64,000 nt of DNA, from positions 878,009-942,008 of the forward strand of contig NW_027192194.1 of assembly GCF_041956535.1 (NCBI RefSeq). The letters run 5' to 3'. The translations under genes were made by a program, and so were the position numbers. Source of the stretch: Calcarisporiella thermophila CBS 279.70 (Eukaryota; Fungi; Calcarisporiellomycota). Below the pieces are notes generated by a model. That model was not told the DNA's origin and did not search any database. It was given only the letters and a program-made list of their open reading frames with translations. This document shows positions 54,004 through 64,000 of this stretch, piece after piece (position 1 is the first letter of the stretch; each line of letters begins with the position of its first letter).

Positions 54004-54769
54004 ATGTTGAATAATCCTTTAGTCTGGGTATATACATGCAGAAAAGAACCGGGTTTATAACGAACATTTCGACTGATAATGACTTTGCCTGCTCACATGT
54101 AGATCGATTGCGAGGTATTATTCCATAATATAATCGTTGACATTTGGAGTGCTTAATTGATCTTGGCCCCATAGATGACAGGACTGGATATCGACCGTGA
54201 CCACATTATTGAAATAGCGGTGCTTATTACTGATGGTGATTTGAACTTGGTGCAAGATGAGAAAACTGGCGAGGTTGCCGAGCTTTCGCTCATCATACAT
54301 CAACCGAAATCCGTTATGGACAATATGAATGCATGGTGCATTGAGCACCATGGAAAGGTGTTTATAAACAATACGGGGGATGTTGTTGCCATGTTCTTAT
54401 CCAAGTCTCTTATAGTCTGGCCTTACAGGAGCGGTTCTCTCCTCCACCCTTACTACCCAAGATGCCGAGGATCAGGTCCTGGACTTTATCAAGCAATATA
54501 TCCCTCAACCACGCATTGCACTCTTAGCAGGAAACTCGGTGCACGCAGATAGGCAATTTCTCCAAAAGGAGCTGCCACGAGTGGTAGAGCACCTGCACTA
54601 TCGAATTGTGGATGTAAGCACGGTGAAAGAGCTTGTGCGGCGCTGGCTCCCCAAACTGTACGACCAGGTGCCGCCGAAGAAGGAGGGCCATCGGGCGTTG
54701 GATGATATTCGGGAAAGCATTGAGGAGCTGCGCTATTATCGGGAGCACGCCTTTGTCCGGAACGGTTAG
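54004..54769 (+). CDS. REX2: Oligoribonuclease (DEDDh)
   Basis: PLVW|IDCE|MTGL, WCIEHHGK, LAGNSVHADR, LHYRIVDVST and HRALDDIRESIEEL. Confidence 0.93.
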
Positions 54770-55279
54770 CACAAGGCCCTGGGCGCTTCCCGTATTGCAA
54801 CTGCTGTTTTGCCCTCGCAAACCTTAACGACTCTTCAAATAAAAACCATCTGCAAGGCACTAGATTGTCCATTTATTAGTTACCACCGTGCTTCTATTGC
54901 GATTTAGGTTCTAATTTGCGTTCAAAACCCGCGCAATATTTCTTTGTTGATTGCTTTCGCCCCCGATCATGACCGATATTCCAAAATAGTAAGAAATTAA
55001 ATTAGAAAGCAGGTGTTAGAAAGCAGAAGCCTTCAAGGCCCGCGCAAGCTTTCCATTTTCTATAATAACAATAGCCCTATTCTTCCTTCTCAGCATCTCC
55101 TTTCCCTCTTTCACGCTCCCCTTTATTTGAAGCCTGCCCCTTCCCTTGTTCTTTTATCTCTTAGGATAACGATCCCAAAATACCCCCCTTTCCTGATACA
55201 CTATTTTCAATCATTTTTATTTCAGCTTTTCTTCCTTTATTGTTGTTGTTATTAGTTTATTTTTTTTTTCTGAAAAAAA

Positions 55280-58200
55280 ATGGGAAAAGAAGAACGAGAA
55301 AGTAAGCTGTTACTTCTGAGAACTAGCAACTCATCTTGGGAGATTCTAACGGCCCTCATCAAAATATTGATTATTAGGTTTAGTCGGCAATATATTGTAC
55401 CATAAGGAGTCTTCTGATGATCTCAAGAAAGAAAATCTATCCCCCAAGGAGAATGGGGAAGGAGGCGTACAGTTCGAGGTAAAATGGAAAAGCGGTTATC
55501 CTAAGATCCTTATTCTTTAGCCCTTGCTCATGTATCATTGCAGGAACAATCCCACATGGAACACACCGACGAGATACCGCCCGAACTTGAGGATTTGCTC
55601 CATACTGACCCTTCCACTGGACTCACCTCGCAAGAAGTGGCCGAGCGCTTAATGCGTTTCGGAAGAAACGAGCTCCCGGAAGTCAAGGTGAATCCGTTCC
55701 TCAAATTCCTATCTTATTTCACCGGGGCGATTGCATTCCTTATCGAGGTTGCCTGTATATGTGCTGCCATTGTAGGCGACTGGGTAATGTCAATTTACCA
55801 TTATTATATTTCTTTTCACTCGACAATAACCGAGATCTTATCGAAATTAGCTCAGTTTTGCTATCATCATTGCTTTGCTCTTTGTCAATGCCTTTATTGG
55901 GTTTTTCGAGGAGGCACGCGCTGAATCCGCGCTTGACGCGCTCAAGCAAACGCTTGCCCTTAAGACACGCGTTTGGCGAGATGGGAAACTCATTGAAATC
56001 GATACTCGTGAGCTTGTGCCAGGAGATATCATAGTTTTGCGTCTGGGTGATATCATCCCGGCCGATGCAAGACTGCTGGGTATTGGCGTGAACGGTGAGG
56101 CGACCGAGGGAGACCTGCAGATAGATCAGTCCGCACTCACGGGTGAATCCCTGCCAGTTTCGAAAAATAAAGGCTCGGTTGTTTTCTCGTCCTCGATCGT
56201 CAAACAAGGACAGCAGATGGCGGTGGTGACAAAGACAGGGTCAAACACATTCATCGGTCGTGCCGCTAACCTCATCTCGATCACCACCGAACAGGGCCAC
56301 TTCCAGAAGATTATCAATCAAATCGGCAATTTCCTCATCTATGCTACCGTCATTCTGGTGCTAATCATTTTCATCTACCAAATGGTCGTGTTCCGTGGTA
56401 AACCCGAAGGCCAGTTCTTCAATGTGTTGCAACACGTGTTAATCTTGACGGTGGCGGCCATTCCCGTCGGACTTCCAACCGTGCTCTCGGTGACCATGGC
56501 AATGGGCGCAAAGCAGCTGGCGGCCAACAAGGTCATTGTCAAGCGGTTGACGGCGGTCGAGGAAATGGCCTCTGTGTCAGTGCTGTGCTCGGACAAAACT
56601 GGAACCCTGACTCTCAACGAATTGACTTTCGATGAACCTTACCTTTGCCCGGGTTACACACCGCAAGACATCCTTTTCTATAGCTATCTTGCTGCCGAGC
56701 CGGGAGCGAATGACCCGATCGAGAGCGCAGTTCGCCGCGCAGCAGAAGAGCAGTTGGAGGTGCTACGGGAGAGACCAGAGGGACAGCATGGTATGCCGGG
56801 CTTCAAGGTGGTTTCTTTCCTTCCCTTCAACCCCACGACAAAGATGACGCAAGCAACGGTTCTCGACCTCGACACCCGAGAGACTTTCAAGGTCGCCAAG
56901 GGTGCCCCTCAGGTTATTATCAAATTGGTCGGCGGAAATGATGATGCCGTCAGAGCTGTGAATGCTCTTGCTCGTCGTGGATTAAGAGCTCTTGGGGTTG
57001 CTCGTTCAATGCCCAATCAACTGGAGCAATACGAGTTGGTCGGGATGATCTCGTTGTTGGATCCCCCACGGCCAGATTCCGCCCAAGTTATCAAGGAATG
57101 CGAGCAGATGGGTGTAAAGGTCAAGATGATCACAGGAGACCAGCTTATCATTGCCAAGGAGGTTGCCCATCGATTAGGCATGCAGCGCGTCATTCTTGAC
57201 GCAAACCACCTTGTCGACCCCCTGAAGTCCGAAGAGGACGTCACGGAGCACTGTTTAAGAGCAGATGGGTTTGCCCAAGTGATCCCGGAACACAAGTATC
57301 GTGTGGTGGAATTGCTTCAAAAGAAAGGGATGCTAGTGGGCATGACAGGCGATGGCGTTAATGATGCGCCTGCGCTGAAAAAGGCCAATGTAGGGATAGC
57401 GGTGCATGGGTGTACCGACGCAGCTCGCTCGTCTGCCGATATTGTCCTGCTTGCGCCCGGGTTGGGAACCATCATCGACGGCATCAAAGTTTCGCGTGCC
57501 ATTTTTCAAAGAATGCGCTCCTATGCTCTCTACCGTATCACGTCCACCGTGCACTTCCTTATCTTTTTCTTTTGCGTCACCCTCGCATACAACTGGGAAA
57601 TGCCCCCGATTTTGCTGATTTTGATCACGCTCCTGAACGACGCGGCCACCATCGTGATTGCCTGGGACAACGCAAAGATATCCCAGCGACCCGACAAGTG
57701 GAGAATTGGACAGCTGATTATAGTCTCCATCGTGCTAGGCGTCTTGCTGACAGCTATGTCGTTTGCGCACTTTTTCATCGCCCGAGATGTGAGTATCCTC
57801 TTTGAACTTGCTTCATTAACTGGAAACCCCCCTGACCTTGTGACTCCCCTTTCTAGGTGTTCAAAGTCACCTCCAACCAACTCAATACCATTATGTATCT
57901 CCATATCTCCTCTGCTCCTCACTTTGTAATCTTCTCCACCCGTCTCTCCGGATACTTCTGGACCAATCTCCCGTCCTGGACTTTCTTCATTGCAGTGATG
58001 GCCACCCAGGTGTTTGCCATGTTTTTGAGTATATACGGAGTGCTAGGGGAGGGCCAGGGCATTGCCCCGATCGGATGGGGATGGGGTTTGGCGGTAATGG
58101 GAATCTCATTGGTCTATTTCATGCTGCTAGATGTGGTAAAAGTACTGATGTACGTAGTCTCTCTCAACTCTCCCACTGCTTTTGGCTGACATCTTCTCTC

Positions 58201-58410
58201 TCCCTCTCTTCTTTTCCCTCTCATCTTTTCAGATTTAAATACTGGAGCTTCGAAGTCACTGCTCTTCTCTGGCCTAGCCCCAAACGTCGCGCCATCCTTC
58301 GACATCGTCAGGTCGAGAAAGAGCGGCTAGATCGTGTGCGGGCTGCTTGCGGCAAATTGCGAAAAGCGCTGCTGGTACAGCAAGCTATCAGGGCGTTGAC
58401 ATCAACTTAA
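55280..58410 (+). CDS. PMA1: Plasma-membrane P-type H+-ATPase
   Basis: TGES, AIPVGLP, CSDKTGTLT, KGAPQ, DPPR, MITGD and TGDGVNDAPALKKA. Confidence 0.95.
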
Positions 58411-58669
58411 AGATATCGTGGCGACTCTGTTATCCATTTTCATATTTTCTCAATTGTAGATGGCAGCTTACTTTCTATATATATTTTGTAAAGGTACTTT
58501 TTTTTTAGCCTTTCTGGATGGCACCCTAAAGCATTTTTATTTCCCATGAATATACCAAAGGATATATTTGCCCCATTGCCTTTCCCCCAATACAACAACC
58601 CAATTTCTGCAAGCTATGCATACTACAAATGCTTTGAAACGCTCAGATATAGAATCCACTCCACATGCT

Positions 58670-61646
58670 CTAGTCAAGAATCTGAATAGAAATAGGACCA
58701 TAGGCTTCGGATTGCATAGGCTTCAGAATGCCACGCGAAGACAGAGCTAGATGAGATATCCAAAAGAAAACAAAACACAATTGCGGTAGAAATATGCGTT
58801 GTCCAACGAAGAATATCTTTTCACAAGAAACCACAGCATGGAGCTCAAAGTGATTGTAAATCCTTACCCAACAGGTGGTAAAAAGCTTGCGCTGCCGCAC
58901 CACGTTTCAACTGGCCGTGGGGAATCTCCTCTAGCAAATCGGCGAAATCAACGACATAGGTGTCGTTACTAAAAGCCAGGGTTTGAACGTATCTTTGACG
59001 GGTTGAATGAGTTTAGAGTAATAGCCCAATAATCAAGGAACAACCTGAGCCTTACCTAAGGAAGTTGGCTGTGTCTTGCCGCACTTCCCCAGCAGTCCAT
59101 GCAGTTTCTATGAAGAAAACGTCGTTAATTCTTGGACTTGATTTCTTAAGTTTGCCAGTCTGTTTACCCTCTATATCTAACTCTCCGAGACTACCGAGCG
59201 CTGATCCAAAGAAAGGGGAGGCGTCGTGTGAGCGCGTCATGCTGGCTCGTGACCTAATGTGGAAGTATTGACAAACAGTGAAAGAGATCATAATACATTG
59301 ACATCAATTCTGAAGTCAAAGGTCAACACAAATGACTGTAAAATCTGTCAAAGTTCACCGAGAAGAAAATACTAAAAAAAATCAAAAGTCTTCATTATCT
59401 TACGTCCGCCATTGCTGTTCCAATGAAATGCTTGGAGTGGATAGCCGATCTAAAGATGGACGCGTGAGCTCTAAGTCGGGTTTCACCCAGGATATTCCAA
59501 AACTTACCAAGGCTTACTCTTTGCCCTGCGCTTGAAAGGGCATCAAACTCTTCTCGGTTCCAAGGCATAAGTAGCATCTGTGAATCAAAACTGAAGCCAT
59601 CGGCAGTTGCCTCACGACTACGCGGTTGTTCGAGCTCCAGCTCAAAATCCAACTCAGGGTCCATCTCATACTAACAAAACAAATCAATACCAAATACAAG
59701 AATGTCGACTTGAACTGAGAGTATACGGACTGTACTGAAGCCAAACAAAAAATCCCCTTTGGAGACATTAACTTCGGAAGTGGTTGGGGAGAAAGAGCAT
59801 GCTAGAGGTTCTATAGATAGACTGGAATAAGAGCCTGCGGAGAAAACAAAGTTAAAATACACTCCCACCTTGAACTAAATGACCCCTAAGAGAGGTGGAC
59901 TGGTTCCAAAAATCACAGAGCTCCGGTGCTAATGCTGAAATATAGCGTTGACAATACAAATCTTTAGAAAAAGAAAGGTAAAGCGACAAGACTATACCTT
60001 TAGTGAGTGGCCCCATTAATGCTTCCTTTAGCAGTCTCTTTGCTTCCGAGCGCATCTTTTTTACATATTCTTGATTCGGTTCTGATTTGTACCGTTTACC
60101 AAGAAAATCCGCACGTTGTAATTGGGTCTCATTATCCCAAAACTGAAAGGCCCTTTTGCGACTCTGCGGTCTGCTCTTGCTCGCATCGCCATTGTCATGG
60201 TTGTATGGACCCTCAAGCTCATGAGGAACTAGGATATTCGAAGGGCTAGACTCCAAACTCCGAGATTTTTCTTGATCCACCGGAGGAGAAGTTTCTTTGG
60301 CCATATCAATCGCATTCTCCCCGAAGCTACTAGCTTTCTGATTCGTGTCAATAACCTAAACAAATCAATGTTTAAAGGGTCATTCCTCCTATATCAAATA
60401 AAATAGCAAATATCTTGGGATACGACACCCATGGATGGGGTTGATCCGCTGTTGGCTTTGGTGAAAGGTGCTTTTTCTCCATTGGCTCCCTCCACTTGCT
60501 ACTAGCACCAGAACTGCGGGGGGAAGGCAAAGAGAGATTCCCTTCACTATCAAAAGAGATACTAGGGCTAATTCCCACCCCAAGAACAAATATATAACTT
60601 CAGATTTAACACTCTGATTCTCCTTCGAAAATATGAAACCTTATTTCATTCTCATCAACTAAATCCAAAACGCTCCTTTCGACTACGGCGTCTCCTGTAT
60701 AGCATGTAGTCTGATCCAACTTATACATGGAAGGAGCATTGATTTCAGCACTCGAAACACCTTATTTTAACTTAGATTAAAATGATCCAGTTTCTCGTGA
60801 TAACGCGACTTTACCTTTGTCATCGCCAATAATATTAGCCCACTGGCTCTCTTCCAAATCGGTCCTGAAATTAATGTCAAATTGATCCAGCTTGATCGAT
60901 TTTTTAATATAACATCAATGTGATATGTTATGGAGTCGTTCTTGAAGCGAATATAGAGACGAAACAAAAAATAACTTGCCTTTCTTGAAGCCGATTGTGA
61001 AATCTCGATCTCGATGAAAAAATTAGGATCATCATCCATCGTGATGGACTCAAATCTTTAGAGGAAATAAAATCAACTCACTAATTGTAGTGGAAATATA
61101 ATCAAACTTCCAGAAATTTCATTAAATACTTTGCGGTAGAGACATTCATATTAATGTCAACCATACGAGTGCTTTTAATGCAATTCCACACATGTTGCAC
61201 ATCAGCTAAATTGACACCAATAAGTCCAATATCTCATATGAGCAAAATTCGGAGACTCACTATAGTGAAAGTCGCACTGGCGGCCGTAAATTCGCGCAGC
61301 ACCCACCATAAGCTGTGACATAAGGCGAAGTGCCAAAGGATAGGGCGGGGACACGATGCATTGGCTAATAAAAGACAATTTTGAATTTATCCATTGCAAG
61401 ATTCATTTTTAAATGGCCAGTCAACTATTCACCAAGCTTCAGCAATATTAATGCTGATCACGTCTTTTTTGGTGAGCCTTTTGAATTGAAAATGGGTTCC
61501 TAGAGTTGCAGCTTGCCTAAAATTAATGTGAGGTAAGTGCTCATGGTTGATTTTCTGAAGCTTGATCACAATTTGACGCCCATTAGTTACCACAAAAGAG
61601 CAAATCCACCGTTTTTGCGCGCGAGTATCTCTTGAGTGTAAAACAT
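58670..61646 (-). CDS. REC8: Kleisin cohesin subunit, Rec8-like (many introns)
   Basis: MFYTQEIL..W|QAATLG..KKDV..NI..C..I..P..LALRLMSQLMVGAARIY; C-terminal winged helix AASFFYHLL..Q.EAYGPI. Rec8 rather than Rad21 is inferred from the missing SGQLLLG motif and general divergence. Confidence 0.75.
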
Positions 61647-62303
61647 GTTTCCAAGTGACTTAAAGAGGTTACGACGAACGCGAAGGCATTCACGGTGACA
61701 GGACACGCGTCACCAAGACATCCAAATTTCGATCGATTTAAGAAGAAGCATTTAAGAAAAACGTGTTCGTGTTTTAATTAACCACTCCATGACTTGATAT
61801 GCAGAATCAGTAGCAGCGTAATCGAGTCAGATTTAACATCAGAGCATGGAGCCTGCAATGCAAAGCAGGTCAAGGGCCTTTATTTGACGGGTGATCGACT
61901 CATCCTCCCCTTCGAATTGGGCAAGGTTAGCTATACGCTGTATTTAAAAGAAAGGGAACAAATCTTCGCTTCTTTTTCGGTCCGCTTCCCAATGGAAACG
62001 GTCAACCGCGAAATAAGAGGAATTACATAGGGTTTAACGCGTTTCGGTCGGCTAGTATTATAAAATTAACCACCTTGCGAAATTAAAACTAAAGCGCTTT
62101 TTATTCCACTCTAGCTCTTTTTTTTTTATCTCCATTTTTCATTAAAGTGTTCGTTAGGGAAAACGCTGTATTTCTTTAATCTCATAAAGGCAAGGTAAGC
62201 ACGGGTTATCGCTGGCTTTTAGTTTGTTGCATACGTTTACCAGGAGCTCATATCATCTGCAGCTTGGGCAATAAGGATATCCAAAGTATCTTTATACTTC
62301 GAC

Positions 62304-63577
62304 ATGGTGAGATGCCGCCTTCTCTCCTTGCTCTGGCTCTCGCTCAGCTCATCGCTGATATACTTTGCGAAGGGGCATATCGAAATGAAGTCCCCACCGT
62401 CGCGAGAGTCCATCTACAGTAAACTTCTACAGCAAAATTCAAAGATCGATTATGACATCAAGTCGCCTCTAGACCCCAAAACAGTACGTGACGGCACTTT
62501 TATGATGATACTGACGGTCTTTGCATTACTTAACCCTGTATTTACCTGACAGAGACCTTTTCCTTGCCAAGGGAAACCCGCTGGTCCTCCCGTCGCCACA
62601 TACAAAGCAGGTGATGTGATTAGAGTGGAACTCGCTGGGGAGGGAGCCCATGGGGGGGGACATTGCCAATTTGCAATTTCGTATGTAAAGCTTAGGCTAC
62701 CTTCCGGATGGGATAGGGAGTGCTAATCCTTGTTAATAACAGATACGACACCGGCTTAACATGGGCCGTGATTAAGACCATCATTCGAACTTGTATGCTA
62801 GAGGGAATGGAATTTCAGGTGCCGCTACCGTCAACGGCCGGTAGTAGCGATAACGCCGTATTTGCTTGGACTTGGTTAGTAAAGCCGACGTTTACAACAG
62901 AGTTTCACGATCTAAATCCCTAGCTCTTCTCTCATTATAGGGTCAATGCAATGGGTGATCGCGAATACTATATGAATTGTGCCGACATCAGGATAGTCGG
63001 CCGGCCGGACGGCTACATCCATGGCACCCAGCTCCTCTTGGTTAACTATCCAGGGTACAAGACTCTGCCGGAATTCTACCAGTACGATGGCCGTGAACTG
63101 TTTAGCCAACTCGAGAACGTTACCATTAGACCTCGAAAATCCAATGTGAAGAAATACTGGTCGAGACACGTACGGAACCAGCCTGGCGAAATCCAAATGG
63201 CATTGTCAGTGGAGAGAGGAGGAAAACAAGCAAAAGCGACCATAATGGGCAAGCATCACGCTATGGCTACAGCGAGGGCTGATGTAAATATTGTGCCGCA
63301 TAATCGAGGTTTTCATCGAGTCACTAGCTTTGCCGCCCAACCCACTCCCAACATCCAGTACGCAGTATTTCCAAATCAAAATAGGCTGCCTACTCACCCC
63401 GCTACCAAAAGCATCTCCGCAGTGAAGGGTAGTAGTAGGGTGAAACTATTTCCATTGTGGTGGACGAAGAGCCTGCCTAAAGCAACTGCAAAGCCGCTTC
63501 ACAAAGTCTTGCCAACCCAGCCACTAGCCATCAAGAAGCATGATAGGAAGAAGCCGATAAAAAAAGGGGACAGGGGA

Positions 63578-63608
<31 letters not shown>

Positions 63609-64000
63609 CTACGAGGGAGGTCAAGAGAGATGTATATATAAAAGTGCGTGAGGAAGATATCCAAAATCACCCTGCTTATGGACGCTATCAATATACGAAT
63701 CAACCCCTCAAAGCGCCAAGTGGGAGTATCAACGGAAAAGATATAGGAGTGGTGATCAATATCGGAGGAGGGGGGGGTGGTGGAAGTGGGGGGGATGGTG
63801 CAGACGCAAATGATGGCCAGGAAGACCAGGAGGTCAGTGATCAAAACGGAGGTGGGGATGGTGGTAGGGGTGGCAATGGTGGCAGAGGCGGGAGAGGCGG
63901 AAGTGGAGGTAGTGGAGGAGGAGGGGGTGGAGGCGGAAGAGGAGGTCGAGGTGGAACTGGTAATGGAGGGGGAAGCGGAGGTCGCGGTGGCAGCGGTAGC
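62304..64000 (+). CDS. Secreted AA11-like lytic polysaccharide monooxygenase with long basic and Gly-rich tail; runs off the right edge
   Basis: Signal peptide then His1 (HIEMKSPP, 62376), PL..FPC, AHGGGHCQFAISYD, FAWTW|VNAMGDREYYMNCADI. Frame open from 62940 to 64000. Confidence 0.88.

Noticed and set aside
63524-63844. 106-aa minus-strand ORF with poly-Leu
   Set aside because: Antisense of the LPMO poly-Lys/Gly tail.

Overview
Gene-dense, intron-rich eukaryotic DNA. Short GT-AG introns of about 50-100 nt and the gene repertoire point to a fungus, most likely an early-diverging (Mucoromycota-like) lineage; the taxon is an inference. About 24 protein genes were reconstructed by hand-splicing the ORF fragments: PFA4, a SNF2 helicase, ROK1, an Mbp1/Swi4-like factor, a Sac2-like phosphatase, a Myb factor, MDH, TSA1, RUS1, a class IV chitin synthase, an RNF126-like RING, FIS1, casein kinase I, RSP5, CRM1, REX2, PMA1, REC8, an AA11-like LPMO and several small or secreted proteins. 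There is also one tRNA-His gene. The most striking structure is a stack of retroelements directly upstream of tRNA-His (10.6-12.8 kb). It comprises a 467-bp TG...CA solo-LTR-like element with a 4-bp TSD ending 9 nt from the tRNA, an older copy of the same terminus originally 16 nt from the tRNA, and a 5'-truncated L1-type LINE with a perfect 17-bp TSD inserted in that older copy. Together these suggest Pol III-gene-targeted retrotransposition. Other highlights are micro-exons of 3, 5, 11, 12 and 15 nt in or near conserved motifs, a pair of non-CFEM 8-Cys GPI-type proteins, and an LPMO with a poly-Lys/RGG tail. Exon boundaries were read by eye and need RNA-seq confirmation.
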